DNA of 63,716 nt, filler included, from Reticulomyxa filosa (taxonomy: Eukaryota; Protista; Foraminifera): assembly GCA_000512085.1 (NCBI GenBank). It is 22 parts of 22 records of this genome, joined end to end, with 100 filler letters (N's around TTAATTAATTAA, not from the genome) between each part and the next. Parts side by side here need not be neighbours in the genome. Positions count along the whole stretch, not along the records: positions 1 to 3,643 come from ASPP01046411.1; positions 3,744 to 5,198 come from ASPP01046261.1; positions 5,299 to 8,979 come from ASPP01020711.1; positions 9,080 to 16,846 come from ASPP01004209.1; 18 more parts are not named here. The stretch is one strand, 5' to 3'. The notes under the pieces were generated by a model. It was given only the letters and a program-made list of their open reading frames with translations. It had not been told where the DNA came from and did no database searches. This document shows, one piece after another, positions 1 through 12,127 of this stretch. Made by a program: the position numbers and the translations under genes. Numbering within the stretch: the first letter of the stretch is position 1; every line of letters starts with the position of its first letter.

Positions 1-16
1 AAAAAAAAAAAAAAAG

Positions 17-786
17 GACCAAAATAGCCAAATGTGAGTGTGATAATGACAGCAATGAGACATCGAACCCAAATCTGATGAAGAGTGTTGGAAGTAATGG
101 AATGTTCGATGATAAGATCAAGAGTAGCTTCCCAGGGCAACGCCATGAGCAACGCATATGTTTTTCGAATGGTATAACTGATATGATAATATCGATAAAA
201 TTGCCAATGTGCCTTTTTGTTTGTACGTTTTAGCATTGCGACATTTTCCAAAAAGGCCTGTTTTTCGCTGTTCAAACTTCCAGTCGTCTTCACACTACCG
301 AGGCTTTCATCACTGTCACTGTCGCTCAAATCGTCCTTGTTTTTCTTTTTTTTTTTGTGTTTTTCGACGTGTGCCGCCAGTTGTCTGTGATGGTCGCTAT
401 TGCCTTTATTATTGGGAGTAGTTTTGTCATCGCCGTTATTATTCGCGCTCATAGTTGTTGTTGTCGTTGCAGCAGTAGAGATGCCATTGCCATTGCTATT
501 GCCATTGGCAGCACCATGTTGGTTGTCATTATTATGTAAGCTGTTGGTCCTACTTCTCCCATTTTCATGAACGCCGTTTTCTTGGCGAGGCTTTTCCTGT
601 CCACCGACACGTGCCATTTCCGAGGTAGGCTCGGGATTGCCATATTCGGTCACCAGTCCATGGTCACGCCGTTGTTGGATATGCAAAGCTCGTTCTTGCC
701 AATTTTGAATGCGTCTTTTGTATGTTGTCGTGTGTATGCACCCAATCAAAGTATGCAATATATACATATATATGTGTATATATATC

Positions 787-819
<33 letters not shown>

Positions 820-2363
820 TTATGTACAAATTGAAAGATATGGAATAATGGAAACAAAACAAAACTCGCGCAAAGACTTGACTCTCCAAATCATAAATGA
901 AAATCCAAGGAAGGAGAAGAAGCTCGCCAATAAAACGCGAAAGAGGATGTTTTCTTGCAAAAAGACGTTTGAGACAATGGTCCATCCGACGGCCCACCCA
1001 ATGAAGCCATCGACGAACATGGACCAACGATCGATGCGTTCTCGATGTCGAAAGGCAAAGTGCAAAAGCCACTTGTGTTGACGACTATAATTGTGTTCAT
1101 CATCGTCCATCGACGACACATCTTTGTGGCCATGGTCATCGCCTTGAATTTTGGCTTTTTGTTTTTTAGACTGTTTCTTTTGGTCTTCTTCTTCTCGCAC
1201 CAGCAATTTGCAATGGAAGCGATCAGCTTGCATTTGATAAAAGGAAATGGTTCGGATCCATAACACTTGGATCAACGCCAATGACGCAGCTACACCAATG
1301 GCATAACCCCCATATTTTTTATTTTCCGTGTGCTCTTCGCCCGTTGTTTCAATAGGTATCCATTGCAACGATACCATGTACAGTATCACTTCTAACAAGG
1401 TCAGTCCCATTGACACTTGCCAAATGTCGAACTCGATTTCATTGTACAAATACTCCACTGTCTCATCTTCCTTCGCTACTCTTCCGTCGTCGTCGTCGTC
1501 GTCATCATCGTTGCCATCGTTGTGGTCATGACCGTTGCTAGCTATTGACTTCATATGCGTTTGACACACCAGCTGTCTCACAAACGACAGCACGTTGATT
1601 AGCACCAGCACCGAGCATATGTGAATAAAAAAATACAACGCACTTTCACCAAACGAAGAGCTAAAGTACGCGTCTTGAATTGCAAATCCGAGATCTTTGA
1701 TTGCAAATGCCAAAAAATGCGCCAGCAAACCCATTATAAATTTCATATAATTTGACAAACGTCGAAATCTACCAATTTCATTTTTTTTTTTTTTTTTTTT
1801 AAATTTTACAACCAATCATCAAGTTACAGTACATCATTTTTGCTTTGTTCAAACTTTGCAATATGCATTTACATGTACCGTACATTATTTTTCAAAAAAA
1901 AAAAATATATATATATACATATACTTATATATGCATATATTAATGTATATATATGTGTTGTTGTTTTTATTGTAAACCTGAGAAGAATTGCAATTGTACC
2001 CATTGTAATTAAATACACAATCGAACAATACACCAACAATATCACCACTGTTTGCTCCTTTTTCGTTGTAATCATGTTCTTTTCTTTCAATTGGTAGTCG
2101 ATTATACTTGTGCACACTGTGCTCCACACTGCCGCTATTAACACCTGTAACGCTCCGTATGAGACAATTATCATGTCGTGCTGGACGTGGCGTCGCTCTA
2201 TCCACCACGAACCATCCATACATTTCATACAGGGCCATATTAACAGGTCCAGTGGGTACAACAACATCGCATTCCAATTCTTGCTGTCATCCTCTTGGTC
2301 TACTTTTTCGTTTTCATGTAAAAGAGAACTTTTAAATTCATTGTTTGGATACTTGTATTTCAT
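17..2363 (-). CDS. Multi-exon polytopic membrane protein of unknown function (3' truncated)
   Basis: ORFs 1869-2363 and 820-1815 carry many hydrophobic helices. Coding continues over ~718-17 (RIQNWQERAL...TYALLMALPWEATLDL...) with an apparent frameshift in the T run near 347-356. The (TA)n tracts are introns. Confidence 0.7.
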
Positions 2364-3256
2364 TTCTTTTTAAAAAGAAAGATTAGTACTAAAATAGTAC
2401 TTAAAAAAAAAAAAAGAAAAAAATCTTTGTTTCTTCTCATTACCATATTATCCAATCAAGGGCGACAGCCTTTCTCTTGTTAAGGCTGCATACACTATTT
2501 TATTCATATGTTTTGTGTAGTTTTGAAACAGGAAATAAGCCTGCAAAAAAATAGGTACAAGAGGAATGAAAAGAGAGCACGATCTCAGCAAACTTTTCGA
2601 AACGAAAATAACAAGAGTCACATTCCCCCCGTTCAAATTATTTGCCCACACACACGGAGAAAACCCAACATCACAATTGAGTAATTCCATCAAAGCAAAC
2701 AGAAAAGAAAAAAGCTCAAGCAAAAGTAAAAAAGAGCAACTGACAGCACACGCCCATCCTTCTCAAACAAAAAATGAAAAACAAGGTCCTGCCACGAACT
2801 CTTCTCACTTTCACTGTTTTTTTTTTTGGGTAAATTTTTTTCAAATGACATTCCTCAACAAAACAAAAACATACAAAAGGAGTCCAAACAAAACAATGTC
2901 ACCAAAACTAAAAACAAAACGTAAGTTATGGATCCTTTGTGATTTTGAAAACAATAAATAGACAAAAAAAAAAAGTGAGATTAGATTTCTAAACTTATTT
3001 TGTGTTTTTTTTTTTATTATTTTTTATTTTTATTTTTATTTTTTTGTTTTTTTAAAAAAAGTTTGTCATAAAAAAATAAAACGAGGAAAGAGGGAGAAAA
3101 AAAAAAAAAAAAGCAACAGTTCAAATCACAAAAAACATTTGTCAATAACATATTCCGGGCCCTTTTGTTAGAAGAGAAATGGAAATGAGCTGTCGGTCTT
3201 GCTATTCAGATAACGACCTTTTCTCTATTGCATCTCAGTGTTTTTTCCTGTTCTTT

Positions 3257-3643
3257 TCAATATTGCTCGTAGTATCCATATCTGGCAGAGGAGTTATATT
3301 GTTGTGCCAAACGGTCGTAATGATCATAAGCGGGATAATTGACATAATCCGCACCAGTGCCATAAGTAATATTCGGAGTAGCTGTTCCATACATCGTCGC
3401 CGAATGTGTGGAAATGGTGGAGGATGGCTGCGAATGCGAGGGGGTAAGCATGTGTGGGGCTGTGATTATATTTGCGGATGCGGTTATTCCGTTTCGACTG
3501 GCTGAAGAATTTGTGCTGGTCAAATTGTTGTCGTCCAAAAAAGGATATGGATCAGTAGAGATCGAGGAAGGTAGTGATGCCACAGAATGCAATTGACGAT
3601 TATGTGCATGGTTATGATTATGATTATGATTATGATTATGATT
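3257..3643 (-). CDS. C-terminal fragment of a low-complexity S/T/Y-rich protein
   Basis: ORF is open to the contig end; the (GATTAT)n repeat at ~3613-3643 reads as NHNHNH in frame. Confidence 0.45.
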   Translation of the reverse strand, partial: NHNHNHNHNHNHAHNRQLHSVASLPSSISTDPYPFLDDNNLTSTNSSASRNGITASANIITAPHMLTPSHSQPSSTISTHSATMYGTATPNITYGTGADYVNYPAYDHYDRLAQQYNSSARYGYYEQY

Positions 3644-3743
3644 NNNNNNNNNNNNNNNNNNNNNNNNNNNNNNNNNNNNNNNNNNNNTTAATTAATTAAN
3701 NNNNNNNNNNNNNNNNNNNNNNNNNNNNNNNNNNNNNNNNNNN
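3644..3743. other. Artificial contig spacer (first of 21 identical spacers)
   Basis: N44-TTAATTAATTAA-N44 (stops in all frames). Others start at 5199, 8980, 16847, 18982, 21201, 33666, 38540, 40005, 43675, 44775, 45951, 47109, 49826, 50926, 54843, 57266, 58614, 60185, 61517 and 62617. Confidence 0.98.
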
Positions 3744-6392
3744 TTTTTTTTTTCATCATCCTCCTCATCTCCTCCTCTTGCTTGTTGGTGTCTTGACTCA
3801 AATTTCGAACAACTCCTCCACCAAATCGAGCCACTATCACACGAACGATTCTACCGATGTAGTCATTTGATCGGTCTCTATGTGCATTGTTTTTAACAAC
3901 GTCTACACTCGTTTCTTGCTCGCCTTCTACTTTTTCATTAGTCCAATCGCTGCCGCTGTTGTGGACATCGCCATGTGGTGTCGGTTTCACTTTGCGCAAT
4001 ACACCGCCTTCTTTCTCTATCTTCTTGGAGAGCTTGCGCTTTCGTATCGGGCGGCACCTATGTCCAAATTGTTTGAGATTGGAGTGAGAGAATCTTGCCC
4101 AACTGTCCCGGTGCCATCATATGATGAACGTCTTCCAAATAAGAAATTCATCATTGGACGTTATTTTTGAGTATGCCCAAGTTCCCTACGGCTTCACAGT
4201 TCGAACTAACAATTCGAATCCAACTCCAACGAATACAAATTGGTAGCCAACTATATATTCACCTATTGCCAATGTTCAATGTCGTCCGCGAGCCAAAAAT
4301 TCCCAAAATTGCGAATGTGCGTACGCACGCGACGAGGTTCAATTGTTGCCGCACTTGTTCCAAATTTTTCTTTGTTGCGCGATACGACAACTCATCGCCA
4401 ACTTAAACCACCCAACACCCATAATTAAAAGCGCGAAAATGCGCACGTACGCGGGACAATCTCCCGATTTTTTTTTATTTTATTCACATTTTTTTGCTTT
4501 TTTTTTTCTTCTTTTTTTTCTCATTGTCAACTTTTTATTTATTTTTCTTTCAAATTTTTTAACATTTTTTTTCATTTTCCAATCATTTTTTACTCTTCAT
4601 TTTTTTATTTTCTCATTCTTTTTTTTATTTTCCATTCATTTTTATTTTTCATTATTCTTAAATAAAATTTTCCCCCACTTTTTTTTCAAATTCTTTTTTC
4701 CCCCCCTTTTCCAATCAATTTTTTCCCCTCTATTCCCCTATCTCTCTCATGTAAAATAAAATAAAAAAAATAAAAATAAAAAAATTCCCATTTGTTTTGA
4801 TCTTGACACCTATAAACATGTTCAAAGTAAAATTTTTTAATTTTTAAGAAAAAAAAACAAAACAAACATACTTTTTGCTTTGGAGCTAAAAACTCCATTT
4901 CCAATATTCCTATTTTTTTTTTTGTCTTTGCACATGGAGGGGGTACACATAAATGTTTTTTGTATGGGGGCATGCCTATTCACAAAAAAACAAACACATT
5001 TTTTATTAAAAAAAATAAAAATAATAAAAAAAAAAATACGAACTCTTTTTTTTATTTTGGAATGTGGGTTTGGCTTCAACCCCGAAGTTTTTCTTTGGAA
5101 GGATGAGGAGTACGTATACTTTTTATTATTTTTTTTTGGCATGGGGCTGCAGCTGTAATTGGTAACACACACAAAATCATTATGTCAAAAAAAAAAAANN
5201 NNNNNNNNNNNNNNNNNNNNNNNNNNNNNNNNNNNNNNNNNNTTAATTAATTAANNNNNNNNNNNNNNNNNNNNNNNNNNNNNNNNNNNNNNNNNNNNGT
5301 TGGATATTTCAAATCATCACTACTCCAATGTAAAACTGATATACACGCAAACATTAGATATTTTTTAAGTTTAATAAAATTAAAAAAATGTAGAGATTTT
5401 TAGCGTTGAAGTTAGCATCATAAACAGATTAAGTTACAACATTTGTCGGCTGGTGGACTCATTGTAAGTATGTTGTAAACTAGTGTACTGGATATTTTTA
5501 AAATTACTTTGTTTCTGACTACACTAAAGAAGGCAGCGAAAACAATTTAGTCAAAATTTTTAAATCATGTTTTTTAATGCAAAAATCTACGCGTTAACAA
5601 AAAGAGCTAGTTAAATATACAATAAAAAGAAAACATTTTGTAGTCTAGAATAAAAAATGCCTGTAAGAAATAAATATCGCAATATCTTAAAGTAAATGTC
5701 CGTGTAGGATAAATCTCGTTATAAACGGCAAAGTTCTAAAGCAAGTGCGGAGCCCCAGTGGGCTAAACTTTCATCACAAACACAACTCATTTCTCTCTTG
5801 TTTTACTTCTGTCTCGTTGTAATTATTGTCATTAATTTACTTTCTTTTCATTGTAATTTGTTTTTGGGGCTAAGTTCCTTTCGTATTACATTTAGTACTC
5901 ATTGTTCCTACATCAGCAATATTTTCAAAGATCAAAGTTTATGTTGTAGGAAAAGTGTTGATTGATAATAATAAAATTAATTAAATAGAATATCTAAAAC
6001 TTAAAAACAAAAAGAAAGATAAGATTGTTGAAGAGTGAATTAAAAACATTTTGTATTATCAGACAAAAATTTCTTTTTTTAGAAATATTGATAAAACGAC
6101 AAATGTATTTGGTTTTGTGTCATAAAAGAAGCAAATGCCAAGATAAAAGTATGAAAGATTTTTTTTAAAGTAATGTTTCGAATTGGAAATAAAAATTGTA
6201 GTCATTATGGAAATACATTTTTTTAAAATAACAATGAGCGTGTATTTTTTATGAAACATTATTCTCAACAGAGTACTTTTAACACAAAGTGTGTTCAATG
6301 AAAAGGAGTACAACTACCTCTTTGAAAAAATTAAGTTTAAACAATTGAATGTTAAACAATTATTAAGCAAACAAACATTTACCACATTACAA

Positions 6393-7851
6393 TCAAACAA
6401 GTTTCTGTACCGGAGCTGGAGTACATATATCACTGTACGTCCCGCAAGACCATTTATTAGTCCCTTTTTCTATAAGAACGACACGCCATCAAGAGCGAGT
6501 TGTGTTTGGCTTGAAAAAAAAGATACAACACAAAACAACAAAAGAAATAAATGAATAAACCTTTTTCTGTCTTTAAACACGAAAAACAAAAACTCCATCC
6601 GCAGGCATTGCACAGCATATGTTTACATCCACTTGTATGTTCCACAAACTATCGTCATTAAAATGAAAAGTATTATTTTTTATGATACACTTTTATTGTA
6701 TTCAAAAAAAAAAAAGGAGCTTACAGTTAAGCATTTTGGACAGGCTCTAATTTTTGGCATTTTTATCTTGGAGTGGGATGCTGTGACGGTTCCACAATTG
6801 TTCAGCAGTTTCTGTATATCTAACACTGAGCATTTTAAATTTCCACAGATTTGGAGTCCATAACTCTTCCAAACTTTTTCACAGGCCCAACAAAAATCTG
6901 GTCCGTCACATGCGGTGCATTTTGCTCTAATCCGTATAAAAAAAAAAAAAGAGTCGACAAATTTCAGTTGCTTTTTTTTTTTTTTTGTGAAAACAATCAA
7001 ACCTAAAAATGGTCAAATTCTCACCTCGTTCCCCTTTGCTTCCGCAAGTGGGACAGGTTTTGTGTCCTTCGTTTTGTGAAAATCTTTGATTAATAATACC
7101 TTGGTAATACAAATATTCATCGTCACTCAAATCCGCAACTTTGGACACCAACTCCAAATCCCATTCCCTTTGGCACTTTAAGACAGGACAGGTAATTTGA
7201 TGAGTGTACAAATTCTTGTCCAATACAAATTGTAAGTAATTATACATTGTTGCAGCACCAATCGCATGTCCACATGGCATTTTTGCTCGTTTTTCATTGC
7301 TGTCATCGTCTTCTGTTATACAGTCTTTGGTGTTGTTAATGTAATGCTTGGGTCATCTTTATTCAATCGACGGACGCGATTTTCGTCTTTGCTACCAATC
7401 TTTTCTATTGTTTTGTTGTTTTGTATATTTCATTGGCGTTGATGTGTTATCACGTTATTGTCCCCACTCACAGATGATGAATCTCTTTTCTTTTTTATCT
7501 TACCTTGTGTTCCACCTTTATACCTTAGGATACACACAAAAATTGTCGCACGAGTAATCTCAACTTCCTCCAATGTTTTCTTGAAAAAGCAAAGAGAGGG
7601 AGGAAAAAAAAGACAACAGTATCGAGTGCAATATGTAGGCAACCAGAGGTGAGAAAAAAAAAAAATTTGCAAAGTCTTACATTGTCGTTACTTAAAATCT
7701 TTCCTTTGGCACTTAGAGAAACAGTCGCGTTAGGCAAACCCATAATCTTGATTGCTTTGCTTTTTACTTGTTCTATTGTCATATCCTTGTTAACCGTTAT
7801 ATCGAGTTGGCTTATTCCCGTTTTAAGAAGACATTTGAAAGATTTACTCAT
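6393..7851 (-). CDS. Ubiquitin-like domain + RBR (RING1-IBR-RING2) E3 ubiquitin ligase
   Basis: Ubl (TVNKDMTIEQVKSK...LSAKGKIL), RING1-like RAKMPCGH...CPVLKC, IBR CPTC...CTAC...FCWAC, RING2 RACPKC...EHTSGCKHMLCNACGWSFCFSC. Last exon KWSCGTYSDICTPAPVQKLV*. GT-AG introns between the ORF pieces. Confidence 0.88.
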
Positions 7852-8230
7852 TTTTATATTTTATAAAAATAAGGTACAAAACAAAAGACTTTTAACCTAA
7901 ACAAAAAAGGTGTCTCTTTTTTAAAAATTTTCCTGTTAGACAAAGTAACTTACATGTATTTGCGTTGAAAATGAGCCTTTTCCTATTATTGATGACTATA
8001 CGCGCGCATATTGCACAAACCTGCTTTTTTTCACACAAAAAAACGGTCAATAAAATTTCCTTTGATATTACTTGTTAACTTTGCATGGTTTTTGTTTTTG
8101 GATGTACTTTTCTAAAAAATACGGATTGCTTATGTTTACGCACGTCAAGCTCTGGAGCTCCTTTTTAGAAAATTTTCTTTCGTTCTCTTTTGTTTTTTAT
8201 CTTAAGTTTAAGAATTCCAACCCTCTTAGC

Positions 8231-8979
8231 ATGGCCTCAGGTATTGAGAGACTTAGTCAAAATTATGTTTATTTTGTTTTATTTTTTTCTTTCTTTTTTT
8301 TCGCTCTAAACTATTTATGGAAAAAAAACCGCCTTGTACCAGAGCAATCAAACTCTCGGTCCCCAATGGACGTAGATACCGATGAGTCAGATGGGAAAGA
8401 TGAAAATAGAGAGACACTGTGCACTGAGAACAATAATGAAAACGAAAGCAGAGAAACAGAGGTCCTGCACTCAGAGAGTAATGTTGAAGATGATAATCAA
8501 GCGCAGTTGAATCCTTCAAACAAAGACTTAAATAACTTCAATTGTCGGTTCATAGAAAGTCAACTGTTGTCATGGGAAGGCATTCCCATAGGGTATTGGA
8601 CCGTCAGTCAATTTACTGGTATTTATCTCCATACCGTTTGTTTTGAATGTTTTGTGTATGTATGTGCGTATGAAGTAAAAAGATTTAATAAGACAAGTTT
8701 ATTATTTTTTTTTTTTTTTTTTTGCAAATCCAAAGGAACACACAAAAAAAACAACTAGAATTTGTGAGGTCCATTCTTTCAGACCCCGAACAGCAAAGTG
8801 CTATTGTGAATGTTATTTCCAAGGCTGATCCCAAGTGGACCGGGAAACACGTTGTCAACGCGCTGAAAAAATTTCCAGACAACTTTGAAAATATCAAAAG
8901 TAAAATATTTCGTGAAAATAAATGTGCTGCAGAAGTTTTTTCAGGTGAGGAAAAAAGGCCTCTGTTTTTTTTTTTTTTT
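8231..8979 (+). CDS. Hypothetical protein, 5' part (multi-exon)
   Basis: MASGIERLSQN start, acidic exon, then helical exon LEFVRSILSDPEQQ...; no family recognised. Confidence 0.5.
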
Positions 8980-9079
8980 NNNNNNNNNNNNNNNNNNNNN
9001 NNNNNNNNNNNNNNNNNNNNNNNTTAATTAATTAANNNNNNNNNNNNNNNNNNNNNNNNNNNNNNNNNNNNNNNNNNNN

Positions 9080-10190
9080 GTTTTGGAACATACAATTTAA
9101 TATTATGAAATCGATGATGTGTCCTTGATTTTTTATCAAAGAAGTCCCTATCTTCAGATACAATCAAATTGAATTGTTCGGCCTTCTTCATCACTGCAAC
9201 CGCAGTTTGTAATTTGGTTGGATTATCACATAGAATTGTAAATCTTCCAATATCAAATGCTTGATTAAAATTACCACCATAATCTGCTTGAATTTTTTCA
9301 AATAATCTTTCATTTCCTTTTAAACTAGGTGGTTTCACAACTGTAATTTCGTATTTTTGCAGTTCTGTCACTAAATTTATTTATTTCAATGCTATTCATT
9401 GCCTGTTCACTTCGTTCTCTCAAATCTTCAATACTCTTTGCATGTTGTCTTATTTCATTTGCTTTTAGTTCATATGACAACCCAAATTTAATTGTATATG
9501 AACATTGATAATTATTATCTTTCACAGGTATCGAATCACCACTTGCACAAATAGAATGCTCGGAATTATAGAACATCGCTTTGACAATGGATGTAATCGT
9601 TAGTTTTTTACAATCAGGACAACTAAATGATGTTTTATCTGAAATAAATGTAATGTCATTAAATCCAATATTTACCCATACTGGCAATTTGGCTTTTGAT
9701 GCCAAACAGGTTTCGTTGCTACAATATCCTTGCAGATTAATTCCTGGCTTTGTTTCTCCAATTTCTGTTTGTTCTGTTTCCTTTTGTACGCTTTTATTAT
9801 TTTCTTGTTCTTGCTTCTATTCATTATTTCATACAAAAGAAAGTAACTTGAGTTTTCTGAAACATAAACAAAATTAATTTGTTACCTGCTCTATATTCTC
9901 CAATTTATTATTGCCTTTACGTTCTGCTTCTAATGTATCCTATTTTTTGTAGATTAATATAAATAAAAAGAAAAGATCATGACTTTTTAAAATTATTTTA
10001 ATACCTCTTTTTCAACAAATTGTTGAACAATGTCTTTAATCACCAATTCAATATTTCCATTATGATTTGCTATTTTCTTCTGTAGCTCTTCTGTATTGAT
10101 TGAGTCTCCAAATAAGCGAATCAATGTTTTTACTTCCGTTACATATTTTCGATCTTTTTCATTTGTATCGTTATAATTATTGTCTTGCAT
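9080..10190 (-). CDS. CUE/UBA-like + Cys4 Zn-binding + RelA/SpoT-like nucleotidyltransferase domain protein (3' truncated; frameshift ~9378)
   Basis: Exon 1 VKTLIRLFGDSINTEELQKKIANHNGNIELVI; then PGINLQGYCSNETC...CPDC; then LKGNERLFEK-x-DYGG-x-DIGRFTI...DRDFFDKK...HHRFHNIKL, matching the Syn1-Syn3 layout of RelA/SpoT synthetase domains. Confidence 0.7.
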
Positions 10191-12127
10191 GCCTCCATTA
10201 CACTTCATTTTTCCTATTAAAATACAGTTCGGCACCATTCTTTGCTTCACATATTATTTATTAAGAATAAACTAAACAAGCAATATACCACTGTCAACAT
10301 CTCCATGACATATCATTGAATTTATTATCGTGAACAGCGCGGCGAAAGGCTGAGCATCACTGGTCATTATCTTTTTTTTGTACAAAAAAATAAATAAGAA
10401 CGGGGTATCTTCTTTTCCTTTATAAAAAACATGCGAAAATATAAACGAAAATCAACTTCAAGGCATTTCATCTTATTTTCTTTGATGTACAGCAATTGCA
10501 TTGCTTTTCTAAAAATGATACGTATAAATTTTTTTGCATGAAAAAGGGGGGAGACGGGGGATGAAAAAAATGATTGCAAGTTGGATGCGCTTTCGCGATA
10601 TATGCCAGAAAAACAAAAAAACCTCTTTGCCAAAATTCGAAATGAATTTTAGTTTTTCAGATACCTATTGCGGATAAGGCACAAAAGCAAAACTTGTTTT
10701 ATGTTTAAGAGCACGTGCGGAACTTGTTTTTTAAGTGTCGGAAAAGTGGAAAAAGAATTACGAACCAAAGCAGTAGTTGTGGTAGTAGGCTGACAAATCT
10801 GCTAAAGATCACAGACAGCCTGCGAATAGCAAAGATTAATGATTGAAAATGCGTAAAACTGCCTGAAGGTTCGAAAAGGGAAAAGTTGTTCACAAACTGG
10901 GAAAAAAGCACATTGTCTTTGAAACAGCGTTATATATGTTATTTTCTAGAAAAAGAATTTATCACAACGGATAGCCCAGCCATTATGTTATAACATGCAT
11001 ATCCAATCCATTTTGTTTTTGTACTTGAATGAAAACAGAAGTTTTTTGTTGAGAAAAACGTAAAAAATATTTGTCTCATTCCAACAAAAAATCAAAATAA
11101 CAACAATAATTTACAAATCCCAATTTTTTACATGTGTCAGCAACGAATTAGGTTTTCAGGAATACAATAATTTGTTAACGTATAAAGTTAAACATACAAA
11201 TGAAACGAAATTATACGTATTTAAAAAAAAAGGATCGCAACCGTGCGCTGCGTTTTGAAATTGGAAGTAGCGTTACTGCTTAAGAAAAAAGGATATAATA
11301 ATTACAGCGAAAAGTTAGCACGTCATGTCAAAAGAAAATTTTTGCCATGGATACAATTCATTTTTACTTAATAACTTTAACGTCATTGAAACTGCCCCTT
11401 ACAATGTCAATAAAATCTACAATGATATCAAATCTCTTCACATCATTTGATGTGCTTAGCTATTTATTAGTCTTAACTTTATATAATTAACTTCTATATG
11501 TCCAAAAACGTGATCAATGGCCACACATATGAGTTTCCATAATAAGTCATGAGATTGAACACAAAGTTCAAAAGTGTAAATAAATTTGAGTAGCATCAAT
11601 TTGCTTAGAATTGTCTAACAATCAGTTAAGTAGCTAAAATTTATTACTTTTTATTTCAACGTATTGGCAATGTTTTTTATTAATAACTTGTTGTTAAAAT
11701 TGAGAAAATCAATATACCAGCAATTCCACTTTCAATATCTATCTTTGAAATTGACACAGTTTTTGGTTCTACTAATGTTTGAAATCATATTTGAATTCGT
11801 TGATTTAAATATAAAAATAAGAGTTTGTCTGATGAAACAGTCATATGATCGAAAACGCAAATCATAGTATTGTCAATGCTATATATTCTCAGACTAAGCA
11901 ATGTTTTCTAATCTAAAAACAAAGTTGTCATATTGATTGCTACAATAATGTTGAAAATGGGTTGTAATACTTAAAGATGTTTTATAAGAGTTCTGACAGA
12001 TATGAAAGACCTGTACAAGTTGTAAAATGGTAGTAAGTAACAAAGAAGAATTGAAAAACAAAGCTAATATTGCAAGAAAAATCGTGAATAAAGAAAAAAA
12101 ATTATCGAGCAGCAAAAATTTTCGTAT

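Noticed and set aside
3880-4170. CRFHFAQ as a Mutator transposase CxxH motif
   Set aside because: No appropriately spaced catalytic Asp, no TIRs, short ORF.
4195-4230. TTCGAATCC as a tRNA T-loop
   Set aside because: No cloverleaf, acceptor stem or A box.
6501-6520. 19-nt match TGTGTTTGGCTTGAAAAAA with ~25925-25943
   Set aside because: Short, partly homopolymer, with no flanking similarity; cannot exclude chance.
11829-11856. CTGATGA...GAAA as a hammerhead ribozyme core
   Set aside because: Stem II and flanking stems do not pair.
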